Source: a virus | IMG/VR virus record: IMGVR_UViG_3300006046_000004 | Span: 1-40,642 of that record | DNA: 40,642 bases | Reading direction: 5' to 3' (one strand) | Shown: positions 16,806 through 24,487 of the stretch, one piece after another | Layout of the letters: the number at the start of each line of letters is the position of its first letter | How positions within the stretch are numbered: position 1 is the stretch's first letter | The notes under the pieces: model-generated | Database searches by the model: none | What the model was told of the DNA's origin: nothing | What the model saw: the letters and a program-made list of their open reading frames with translations, nothing else | Translations under genes and position numbers: made by a program

Positions 16806-18164
16806 TCATAACTGAATGCGCCCACGCTGCGGTTCGGGCGGTGGTGGAATGCTAATTCCTTGACGTGGAGGCACCCTGACGGTACGTAGCGGGGCTGGCT
16901 GCCATGCCATACTCAGATACCTAAAACTGTCGGCGAAATCGGTCGCCCAATCCTGGCGCGGCTTCACGCGAAAGCATTTCATGTCGTCGTCCCATTCGCG
17001 CTGGTACTGTTCAAGCGCCGCCAGGCCGCGCTCGCAGCGCGGATCGAACACGCACAGCGGCAGCGTGTGCCGCACCGCGTTGATGCCGTCCTCCACCGAT
17101 GCATCACGCACCAGCATTGGCGCCAGGCCGAGGCTCTTCATCATTTCGACGCGGGTGCGGCCACTGCCAAACTCTAGCACCTTGGCGTCGTGCGGCACGT
17201 AGTCGGTGCCGTGGGTCCAGCCGCGCTCGGCGTAAATCCGCTCAAGCTCGTTGCGGTAATACTCGATACCGGCACCCGATGCCGGCAGGCAGTCGAGCAC
17301 CCGGACTTGCGCGCCCGCTGACTGAAACATCCAGATCACAGTGGAGTGCCGCGTGCCCAGATCCCAGGCCCGATCGACTGGCCGGCCGGCGATCGCCTCG
17401 ATCGGCAGCACGCGGCCCTCGGCCCGCACGGCTGCCATTTCCAGCGCGAAGATACTGCCGAGCACGGCGGCGTTCCACGAGCACATGTACTCCTGATCAA
17501 AGGCAGCTCGTCCCATGTCGGTGCCGTAGAGCGCGATCAGTTCGGCTTTGGCCTCCGCCAGTGCGGCATCCGACAGCGCGCCGGTGTCACGCGCCGTGAG
17601 TACCTGGCTGAACCAATCCTGCGTGCTGGCGGCATGATCGTACATCGCCTTGCAATGGTTATGCCCGCGCGGCGTCGAGATGAATACCGCCCAGCCGTTA
17701 TTCTCCTCCAGGATGGGTTTGAAGAACGCCCACATGCTAGGATTAGATAACGCGTATTCGCTGAAGATAATCCCAGCGGTTGAGGCGCCCACCAGATTAT
17801 CCGAGTCGCTGCCGACCACGCTCCAGGTTGAGCCGTTCACCAGGCGAATCTGCATGGTTTGATCATTGGTATTCGTGCGCAGTTCGAGCGGGAACGCCTC
17901 ATCGATGCGGCGCTTGCCGGTATGCGGATTGACGGCGGTCCATATTGCGCGGCGCCCTTGCGTGTAGAGCGGCAGCACGTGCCAGTAATTCGCCGGCCGC
18001 GTCAGTGCAGCGATCGCGCTGTAATGCAAACAGACCTCGTCCTTGCCGGCGCGCCGGTGCCATATGGCAACCGCGCGCTTGCCGCCACCGCGCAAGTATT
18101 TGTACAGCGCCATCTGGTGCGGTCGTGCGCGCCAGCCGTTGTGCGGGATGAGGATGTCACTCAT
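16806..18164 (-). CDS. terL: Terminase large subunit
   Basis: Walker A-like WHRRAGKDE, Walker B-like AGIIFSEYA, and a C-terminal nuclease-type region (DCLP...VPHD). Size 452 aa; adjacent to a small-terminase-like gene. Confidence 0.85.
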   Translation of the reverse strand: MSDILIPHNGWRARPHQMALYKYLRGGGKRAVAIWHRRAGKDEVCLHYSAIAALTRPANYWHVLPLYTQGRRAIWTAVNPHTGKRRIDEAFPLELRTNTNDQTMQIRLVNGSTWSVVGSDSDNLVGASTAGIIFSEYALSNPSMWAFFKPILEENNGWAVFISTPRGHNHCKAMYDHAASTQDWFSQVLTARDTGALSDAALAEAKAELIALYGTDMGRAAFDQEYMCSWNAAVLGSIFALEMAAVRAEGRVLPIEAIAGRPVDRAWDLGTRHSTVIWMFQSAGAQVRVLDCLPASGAGIEYYRNELERIYAERGWTHGTDYVPHDAKVLEFGSGRTRVEMMKSLGLAPMLVRDASVEDGINAVRHTLPLCVFDPRCERGLAALEQYQREWDDDMKCFRVKPRQDWATDFADSFRYLSMAWQPAPLRTVRVPPRQGISIPPPPEPQRGRIQL

Positions 18165-18393
18165 CGGCGTGGCGGATGATGATGTTGAAGCCAGCGTTGT
18201 TCTCGCCGCTCACGAGCGTCGTCGTCTGTGCCGCCTTACCCCATCCGCGGTCGAGCAGGCTATTGGCTGCAGCCACACGGGACGCCGATGCTTCATCTGG
18301 CCTGCGCATGATGTCGGCGAGCGCGTGAATGCTTTCCTTGGTGTACTGGCGGCACAAGGACGAGATGTCCGGCGGTACTTTCTTGCGCGGCAA
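18157..18393 (-). CDS. Terminase small-subunit-like protein (78 aa, TTG start)
   Basis: AAANSLLDRGWGKAAQ matches the LLDRGxGKP motif common in small terminase subunits. It overlaps the terL start and starts directly after an in-frame TAA. Confidence 0.5.
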   Translation of the reverse strand: MPRKKVPPDISSLCRQYTKESIHALADIMRRPDEASASRVAAANSLLDRGWGKAAQTTTLVSGENNAGFNIIIRHADE

Positions 18394-18552
18394 TTACTTA
18401 AGGGGCACCCCCCCTCCCTGGTTTTGCAGCCGTTCGACCGCGGCGCGCAACTCGGCGACGGTGAGGTCGATCCGCTCGATATGGATCATGACCGCCTCGC
18501 GCAGTTGTCTGATCTCGTGGTCGATCAGCGACACGGTCTTAGCATTGCTCAT
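18394..18552 (-). CDS. Small coiled-coil protein (52 aa from ATG 18552)
   Basis: MSNAKTVSLIDHEIRQLREAV...ELRAAVERLQNQ. It is in the same frame as the downstream TerS-like ORF, separated from it by one TAA. Confidence 0.4.
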   Translation of the reverse strand: MSNAKTVSLIDHEIRQLREAVMIHIERIDLTVAELRAAVERLQNQGGGVPLK

Positions 18553-18588
18553 GCGCGGCAATATTTCACGCCAGGCGTGCGCGTGCAA

Positions 18589-18681
18589 TCACGGCCCCAG
18601 TGCGCCGACCAGCACGAGCCAGAGCGCGAAGGCGACGGTTACTCCGATGATCCAGAGCGGGGTGTGGATTGTCATGATCAT
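18589..18681 (-). CDS. Tiny membrane protein (30 aa)
   Basis: Hand translation gives MIMTIHTPLWIIGVTVAFALWLVLVGALGP. Confidence 0.3.
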   Translation of the reverse strand: MIMTIHTPLWIIGVTVAFALWLVLVGALGP

Positions 18682-18712
18682 GTTGGTTTGTGTCAGGTGA
18701 AACCTTGCCGGT

Positions 18713-19165
18713 TCAACGCCGGCAGCGCCACTGGTACTTTGTGCTCCATACCGTTCGCAGGTGGTGCTGGTTGCACAGTGGCATCCGCCTGGCGGCTGCG
18801 GTGTGGCTTTTCGGCAACGGCGGTTCCTGTGTCACAGGAGGCGGCTGGGACGGTTTTGGCGCTTGGAGGCCCTCGATGACCCCGGCCCATCCTGGAAACT
18901 GCGCCAGCGGGGCTACGGGCGGCGCTGCCGGCGGTTCTACGGCGGACAATCGGTCGGCCTTTGGCGGGACGGGGTTCGGTATGGACAAAACCTGTCCTTG
19001 GGCGGGGGAGGTTTTATCCATAGGCGCGACGGTACTCCGGTGGGCAGCACCGAGGCCGGCCAGGAGCAAGGGGATGGCACTGATCGCGGCAACCCATTTT
19101 CGGCCATTGATTTCGTTGGGGAAAAAATGCGCTAGCCCAGTCGTTTCAGGGGGGGGTGCCATCAC
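18713..19165 (-). CDS. Membrane-anchored proline-rich protein (150 aa)
   Basis: Signal-anchor RKWVAAISAIPLLLAGLGAA followed by a Pro-rich region. The GTG start forms a GTGA overlap with the upstream stop. A C8 tract sits in codons 3-6. Confidence 0.4.
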   Translation of the reverse strand: MMAPPPETTGLAHFFPNEINGRKWVAAISAIPLLLAGLGAAHRSTVAPMDKTSPAQGQVLSIPNPVPPKADRLSAVEPPAAPPVAPLAQFPGWAGVIEGLQAPKPSQPPPVTQEPPLPKSHTAAARRMPLCNQHHLRTVWSTKYQWRCRR

Positions 19166-19692
19166 CCTAGCCTGTCGGGGTTATCTCCGTCGTTTTTTGC
19201 AGCCCGCGCGGCCCTCGACTGGCAAGCCCCGGAGCAGTATTTTGCATCGGCCCTGGCGTTCCGTGGAATTGGGTTCTCGCACCGTGGGGCTTGGCACATT
19301 CGGCCGACAACGGCAGGCTTCAGGGCGTGCCGCTCTTCAGCAGGCAATTCCATGCACTTGGGGCAATAGGCCCATCCCTTGCTTTCGAACGTGGCGTTGC
19401 AGCCTTTGCAGTTGATGTAAAAGCCAACCGCCCCCTGCCGCATTGGGGTTTTCGGCAGGTAGCCGGGGTCTGGCCCTGCGATCGTTTTCCAGTTGGTGAC
19501 TTGGTAGGGATCGAAGCCGATCGAGTGTGCCCATCCGGACGCTCTGTCGTGCTGCCGTTCCTGCAGGCGTTCCTGCTGCCGATCGGCCTGCTTGGCGCGA
19601 TCATCGAGAATTTGCCGGGCAATCTTGTCGGTACGTTCGGTCATTGGCGTTTCGCCTCCTCGCCGCGGGTCTGGATCTGGCAATTTTTCCAT
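19162..19692 (-). CDS. Zinc-ribbon protein (176 aa; alternative start ATG 19644)
   Basis: CKGC...CPKC...CQAPRC...AKYCSGACQSRAARA, including the terminal YCS..C..RA motif common in phage/plasmid Zn-finger proteins. Confidence 0.55.
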   Translation of the reverse strand: MEKLPDPDPRRGGETPMTERTDKIARQILDDRAKQADRQQERLQERQHDRASGWAHSIGFDPYQVTNWKTIAGPDPGYLPKTPMRQGAVGFYINCKGCNATFESKGWAYCPKCMELPAEERHALKPAVVGRMCQAPRCENPIPRNARADAKYCSGACQSRAARAAKNDGDNPDRLG

Positions 19693-19758
19693 GCTTAGCC
19701 CTGGACGGCCTCCTGCTGGGCAGTATGCATTGCGTTTACGCCTAGCGTTGACGGCCTG

Positions 19759-20214
19759 TCAACCTACGTCTGGTATGTTCTGCGGCTTACCACCGAGCCG
19801 CAGGTAGATTGCGGCCAGCCAGTCGGCTTGCTGTGCGGTGAGCAGGCGGCGCCGGGTCATGTCGAGCACGAACTGCTTCTCGCGCTCGTGCAGCAGGGGC
19901 TCGAGTTTCTGGCAGCGGCGGGCGATCTCGCGCCAACTCAGGGCGCGGCGGGAGGTTTCCGGCCGGGCGTCTGGTGCAGCCTGGGCCTTGCCCTGCTCGA
20001 GCCCGACCTTGTAGCCGGCATCGAACAGCCGCTGCATGTCGTGGTCGGAGATCCTGCCATTGCCGCCGAGCTGGCCGGCGAAGGCGTGGAGGTCGCTGCC
20101 GGCTGCCTTAAGGGTGCGCTTGATGGCGGCGACGGCGGCCAGGACCTCGCCGTCACGATCGCTGGCCAGCAGGCGGATCAGGGCGGCGAGCCGGGGGATG
20201 GGGAGGGCGGGCAT
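19759..20214 (-). CDS. Hypothetical protein (151 aa)
   Basis: Ordinary composition with high GC3. It overlaps the 3' end of the peptidase-like gene by 37 nt. Confidence 0.55.
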   Translation of the reverse strand: MPALPIPRLAALIRLLASDRDGEVLAAVAAIKRTLKAAGSDLHAFAGQLGGNGRISDHDMQRLFDAGYKVGLEQGKAQAAPDARPETSRRALSWREIARRCQKLEPLLHEREKQFVLDMTRRRLLTAQQADWLAAIYLRLGGKPQNIPDVG

Positions 20215-20858
20215 GGGGCAGGTTTGATTTGCGCCAGGATTTTCCGCAGTTTGTCGCCCCTGATTTTCTCTTTTTCAAAAAGGTAGTTGGACAACCGAGT
20301 GAAGGGAACGGCATTCTTGCGCAGGATCAGCAGTACTGCTCTCCAGATTTGTTCATGCCAATGGCGTTCCGATTCGGTGTTGAGCTGTTCGAGGTTCAAT
20401 TCTGGTTTGAGCTTGCGGACTGCATTAGCGCCGAGCATTTGGGATATCACCAATTCATCCAGCGACGACGCCGGCTTATCCACGCGAGCGAAGGCTTCGC
20501 CAGCTAGTCCGGCAATGGTCATCCGAGAATTGCGGATATCGTCCTCAGGGCTCGTGCCGGGGTCTGACCGCCAAGCCTCGCCATCGCAAAGGCCGGCCCA
20601 TGCTTCGCCAAAGAGCGGGACCTGCCGGGAGAAGATTTTGACGCCTGTGATGGCCAGTCCTTCGTGGGTTCCGACGATGGCGTGCCCGGCCTCATGCGCA
20701 GCGGCGGCATCCTTCGGCATGGCGAAGGCAGCGGGGCCGTGCTTGGCGTAGAGCGTGCGTACCTGTTCCACAACGCAATCGTTGAGGTCCTGGGGGAGCC
20801 CCTCCGGGAACGACGGTGTTCGGACGATGGAAGGGAATGCTATTTTGGGAACGGGCAT
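20178..20858 (-). CDS. Stand-alone FtsH-type (peptidase M41-like) zinc metalloprotease domain protein (226 aa)
   Basis: AAAHEAGHAIVGTHEGLAITGVKIFSR parallels FtsH YHEAGHAI.G....D.V.KVTIIPRG. IAGLAGEAF and SSLDELVIS parallel LGGRAAEE and ASND. There is no AAA+ module. GGAGG lies 5 nt upstream of ATG 20858. Confidence 0.6.
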   Translation of the reverse strand: MPVPKIAFPSIVRTPSFPEGLPQDLNDCVVEQVRTLYAKHGPAAFAMPKDAAAAHEAGHAIVGTHEGLAITGVKIFSRQVPLFGEAWAGLCDGEAWRSDPGTSPEDDIRNSRMTIAGLAGEAFARVDKPASSLDELVISQMLGANAVRKLKPELNLEQLNTESERHWHEQIWRAVLLILRKNAVPFTRLSNYLFEKEKIRGDKLRKILAQIKPAPCPPSPSPGSPP

Positions 20859-20873
20859 GGTGTCCTCCGACAA

Positions 20874-21180
20874 GGATGCTGGGCCAAGTGGCGGGGCGGT
20901 GCCGCAAGCACTGCCCCGTTGCGCTGTTATAGGCCGGGGCGATTATAGCGGGCAAGGTTTCCTGTCGTCCCCCTCTTCCCCCCGGTGGGAGGTGGGGTCC
21001 CCCCCCAAAGGGGACCCTCTTCCACCTTCCACCGGGTATGGGGGGGTATGGGGGGGTATGGTGGCTAGGCCGGTGGAAGGCGGTGGAAGCGTTTTTGCTG
21101 GGGCACGGGAGGTATCATAATGGTGGTGGAAGGCGGTGGAAGAGTCGGTGGAACGGTATCATAATGGGCGGTGGAAGGCA
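20874..21180. promoter_or_regulatory. Iteron-dense intergenic region: putative replication origin and/or control region
   Basis: GGTGGAAG at 21072, 21082, 21125, 21135 and 21170, with the variant GGTGGAAC at 21147. Inverted copies CTTCCACC at 21019 and 21026. Tandem GGGGGGTATG at 21041 and 21051. The 13-mer GGTATCATAATGG at 21111 and 21155. Hairpin 20995-21002/21010-21017, plus a C8 tract. Confidence 0.55.
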
Positions 21181-22761
21181 TCATTCATGCTCCACAATTT
21201 TGGTACGCTTCCGGCTGGGGGGGCCTTCGGTAATGACTCTGATCGCCCTGGCATTGAACAGCCGCAGCATGGCTGCCGCCAATTCCTTCGACCCGATCTT
21301 GGCTGCTTTTGCCTCCAGTTCGTCGGCAAAGATGGCCGGCGCGTAACTAGTACCGGTTTTGTCGGTAACATTGCGTCCTTGGCCGATCAGCCGCCGCAAA
21401 AGCACAAGAAAAATGTCATTGGCCTTTTGCTCAGCAGCCGCCCGCTCAAGCGAGCCGGGACCGGCAACCGGCAGGAAAAGACCGCGCTGATATCGCAAGG
21501 TGAGGGTCTCACCTCGCGGGCCGTACTGGTTTTTCTTGAACTCGATCTCGCGTAGATCGCTGTCGAACGCCTCGCCGCCCTCGGTCTTGACGCCCTTGAG
21601 GTACTGTCGGAACCGGAAAGCACCATGCCACGCGGTAGAACCGCTTAGCCCCGTGCCGCTATTGATGCCTTGCAGGCTGGGGTGGCTCAAAATGGTTACC
21701 GAGCCACCCGTCACCATGGCCAGAGCCTGCATGTGCATAGCGAAAGCGTAGACTTGGACGCGATCCATCTCGTTGCCAGCGAAGGCACGTGAGAGGGTAT
21801 CAACACTAATGTTCTGTGGTTTGATGTCGCCTGCGGCCTCGTACAATTGGCGGTAAAGATCAGTGACTTCGATACGGCCGCTCTTGCCCCCCGCCGCGCA
21901 CAGGGTGGCATCGCGGCCGAGCAAGCACATTACTTGCAAACCGCCAGTAATCAGTTCTTCGAATGTAACCCCGTAATGCGCGGCAATGTCGTGGAAACGT
22001 ATGTGAATTTCATTCTCGTCGTCTTCCGCACCGATATACCACGCGGGCCCTTGCATCGGTAACGAGCCGAGCCAGTCCTTACCGGTAACATGCGCAACGT
22101 CTTTCATCATTTCGATGATGCTCTTGCCACCACCACCCTCACCGGAAAACAACCCAGCTTGCCGAGCCGGGACGCGGTTCAGGATTGACCATAGCCGCTC
22201 TGGTCGCGGCTCATGATCCCAGTTGGACATGTCCATCCAACGGATTGGCTGGATTGATGCGCTTGGCGCTTGCCCGCCGGGCTGCGGCGGCGGCCCGTGG
22301 CCCTTGCCGTTCTGGGGCGGCGGCTCTGGCTCTGGCAGCGGCGGCTCGTTCCACTCGCCGGTGGCGTAGTTCTGGGTCCGCTGGCCAAAAACCCGCTCCG
22401 CCTTCGCCTGCGCCTTGGCCTCGGCGATCAGGGCGTCGCCGCCCTTGTCGGCCATGATCTTCGCCATGGCCCCATTCATGGCCCCATGCAGGGTCATCAG
22501 GGTCTTGACGTCCGCGACGGCCCACGGCTGGCCGAATTTTGGCTTGAGCAGGCGCTCCACGATCTCGGCCAGCTGCCTGCCATCCATCTGCGCCAGCCGA
22601 CGCTGCGTGGCCGGCTCCTTGAGCGCCGCCGGGCCGCGGGTACAAAGGCCGTACAGCAGGGCTTCCAGCGTAGCCGGCGGCACCGGGCCCGGCGGCACAT
22701 CATTGTCCGCCACAAACTGCGCCAGCCGCCGCAGATGCGGGGGCACCTCTCGCTCGGTCAT
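21181..22761 (-). CDS. RepA-like / AAA_25-type RecA-fold replication ATPase (helicase-like), 526 aa
   Basis: Walker A GLFSGEGGGGKS, then VDTLSRAFAGNE and ILSHPSLQG..SGTGLSGSTAW, typical of the RepA/AAA_25 family. GGAGG lies 4 nt upstream of ATG 22761, which is preferred over the GTG at 22863. Confidence 0.7.
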   Translation of the reverse strand: MTEREVPPHLRRLAQFVADNDVPPGPVPPATLEALLYGLCTRGPAALKEPATQRRLAQMDGRQLAEIVERLLKPKFGQPWAVADVKTLMTLHGAMNGAMAKIMADKGGDALIAEAKAQAKAERVFGQRTQNYATGEWNEPPLPEPEPPPQNGKGHGPPPQPGGQAPSASIQPIRWMDMSNWDHEPRPERLWSILNRVPARQAGLFSGEGGGGKSIIEMMKDVAHVTGKDWLGSLPMQGPAWYIGAEDDENEIHIRFHDIAAHYGVTFEELITGGLQVMCLLGRDATLCAAGGKSGRIEVTDLYRQLYEAAGDIKPQNISVDTLSRAFAGNEMDRVQVYAFAMHMQALAMVTGGSVTILSHPSLQGINSGTGLSGSTAWHGAFRFRQYLKGVKTEGGEAFDSDLREIEFKKNQYGPRGETLTLRYQRGLFLPVAGPGSLERAAAEQKANDIFLVLLRRLIGQGRNVTDKTGTSYAPAIFADELEAKAAKIGSKELAAAMLRLFNARAIRVITEGPPSRKRTKIVEHE

Positions 22762-22870
22762 AGGTCCTCCAAATGGCTGCGCGCTCTGTTGCCATTCGGT
22801 CAACAGAGGGCCTTGCAACGATGGGGGCCGGATGCTAGGAAGGGTGGTATCCCTACTACTCACTTCCTAG

Positions 22871-22889
22871 CCCCGCCGTCCCGGCGGGG
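22871..22889 (+). other. GC hairpin (ccccgccg tcc cggcgggg) followed by a T-rich run on the plus strand
   Basis: Read directly. Its orientation suits termination of plus-sense (antisense) transcription, not of the minus-strand genes around it. Confidence 0.35.
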
Positions 22890-22942
22890 TTATTCTTATC
22901 CTGCGCGGCAGATTGCTCGCGGGCAAACTGATTTGCAACTTG

Positions 22943-23386
22943 TCAAGCTATGGGGGGTTTGGCCTTGGCGGCCATGCCAGCCCTGGTACGTTTGGGCTTT
23001 GTGATATCCGGCAGCGGCAGCGGCAGCGCAAACTCAGTCGCGCCGAGAACGAGGCCCCAGTCTTCAAGCTGCGCCAACGCCTCGTCCAGGCCCTTGCACA
23101 CGGCGGTCAGCCCGCCGGCGGCGCGGACATCCAGGAGGAACTGGTGCTGTAATGCTGTAGCTCTCGCATCCTTGAGGCGTTTTAATTCAAGAGCGAAAAA
23201 GGTTCCTTTGTGCAAGAAAATCAAATCGGAAACACCGGGGCGGACCCCCATGGCCTTGAATAGCGCACCCTGCCGACCCTGGTAATGCGCGCCCTGAGGG
23301 GAATGAAAGTAGACAAGCCCCGGCTTCGCCCGCCGCCGCAGATGCGCCACCAGCGCGATGTGGTCGCGCTGCTCGTCACGCCTCAT
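22943..23386 (-). CDS. VRR-NUC domain nuclease
   Basis: EQRDHIALVAHL...GVSDLIFLHKGTFFALELK...QHQFL fits the VRR-NUC D...ExK layout. Confidence 0.7.
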   Translation of the reverse strand: MRRDEQRDHIALVAHLRRRAKPGLVYFHSPQGAHYQGRQGALFKAMGVRPGVSDLIFLHKGTFFALELKRLKDARATALQHQFLLDVRAAGGLTAVCKGLDEALAQLEDWGLVLGATEFALPLPLPDITKPKRTRAGMAAKAKPPIA

Positions 23387-23934
23387 CGCTCGTCTTTCAG
23401 TGGCATCGGGATCACCGTGGCGGAGGCTGCTTGCCGGCGCGCCTTGCGAATGACCTCCATATTATGCAGCCACCGGGCATTCTCCTTTTGCCGGGCCTCC
23501 TCGTCGTCATGCGCTTGCTTGGTGATGGCCATCTGCTCAGGCGTCGGCCAGACAATCTCGATTCCAGGCCGCGTGATCACCAGCAGCGTGCAGGCACCAG
23601 GATAGTACCAGCTCGCCGCCTTGCCGGCGGGTGCCACATGCACGACTAGCCCCATTCGTTCGGCGAAGCGCGTAATATCCTCGGTGCCGTAATGCGTACC
23701 ACTGCCGGCGCCGCTACCATCGTAGTTGTGGCCGACGATAGCGATTGCACGACGGTTCTTGCGGTAATGCTCGGCATGGTCAGGCGGGCTGTCCCGGTAC
23801 CACTCGTAGCGCCCGTCGTTCACCCCACCGCGGGCCAACGTCTTGAGGCTGAAAGCACCGGGTGCCGCTCGCGTCCAGCCATTGGCCCTGGCAAACCACA
23901 ACCGCGCCCGCTCGAATGCAACGTCGTCACGCAT
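23383..23934 (-). CDS. Hypothetical protein (183 aa)
   Basis: GAGG SD upstream of ATG 23934; ATGA-type overlap with the VRR-NUC start. Confidence 0.55.
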   Translation of the reverse strand: MRDDVAFERARLWFARANGWTRAAPGAFSLKTLARGGVNDGRYEWYRDSPPDHAEHYRKNRRAIAIVGHNYDGSGAGSGTHYGTEDITRFAERMGLVVHVAPAGKAASWYYPGACTLLVITRPGIEIVWPTPEQMAITKQAHDDEEARQKENARWLHNMEVIRKARRQAASATVIPMPLKDER

Positions 23935-24002
23935 CTTTACACCTCGCAAGATCCCCGGTGCCGTGGGCCATCACGGCACCGGGGTACGCAACTCTACAAA
24001 AC

Positions 24003-24242
24003 CTAGCGCCGCAGCACCGACCGCACGGCCTTCACGAGATCGGGCCGCAGGTCGCGCGCGGTCAGGCGGGTAGCCTTGCAAAACGCCGGCAGGATCGCGT
24101 GACCAACCTGGCGCTCGCCGATCTCGATCTTATTGACGAGGCTGCGGGATACGCCGACCCGGCGCGCCAGCTCGCTCTGGGTCATTGGCGGGTCATAGCT
24201 ATGCCGCCAAATTTTCAGTGGATGTAGCGGTGATTTGGACAT
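24003..24242 (-). CDS. XRE-family helix-turn-helix transcriptional regulator (79 aa), first gene of the leftward arm
   Basis: MTQSELARRVGVSRSLVNKIEIGER is a classic HTH_3 motif. The internal ATG at 24242 is preferred; the N-terminal extension of the track ORF looks non-coding. Confidence 0.75.
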   Translation of the reverse strand: MSKSPLHPLKIWRHSYDPPMTQSELARRVGVSRSLVNKIEIGERQVGHAILPAFCKATRLTARDLRPDLVKAVRSVLRR

Positions 24243-24321
24243 ACCGCTAATGTAGACGGGAAGGGGACGGACGGCAACCTCGCCCGGTCCAAAAATTAAT
24301 TGGGACGGCCACGATTTGTTG

Positions 24322-24349
24322 TTGACAGGGTGTCTACAAGGCGTATGGT
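24322..24349 (+). promoter_or_regulatory. Sigma70-like rightward early promoter (TTGACA, 16-nt spacer, TATGGT)
   Basis: -35 at 24322-24327 and -10 at 24344-24349. The spacer contains GTCTACA (24332-24338), the inverted partner of TGTAGAC at 24251-24257 next to the HTH gene start, so the pair may be operator half-sites. Confidence 0.5.
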
Positions 24350-24362
24350 GGTGGCGGTCGAG

Positions 24363-24467
24363 CCGAGGGGCTTGGCGAGGTGGGACGAAGACGCCGCTAG
24401 ATTCCCGCAAGGGTTGGTGTCGGTGCAAGCCCGAGTACTCAACCCCCACCTCACTTAAGCCCCTCGG
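24363..24467 (+). promoter_or_regulatory. Long imperfect inverted repeat / structured 5' leader of the rightward early transcript
   Basis: 24363-24373 pairs with 24457-24467 (11 bp) and 24377-24384 pairs with 24445-24452 (8 bp). They enclose about 60 nt that includes a cccGCAAggg GNRA-type mini-hairpin. The element ends 20 nt before ATG 24488. Confidence 0.5.
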
Positions 24468-24487
24468 ACACCAGCAAGGGACAGACC

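Noticed and set aside
18690-19415. 241-aa plus-strand ORF
   Set aside because: It has Trp/Cys/Arg-rich composition and no SD, and it is antisense to two better minus-strand genes (18713..19165, 19162..19692). It is a typical high-GC shadow ORF.
22871-22889. Hairpin as terminator of the VRR-NUC gene
   Set aside because: The T-run follows the stem only on the plus strand and the loop is just 3 nt, so it is wrongly oriented for the minus-strand operon. It is kept only as an unexplained hairpin.
24243-24449. N-terminal 69 codons of track ORF 24003..24449
   Set aside because: His/Pro/Arg-rich, non-protein-like sequence lying in the promoter/operator region. The HTH protein starts at ATG 24242.
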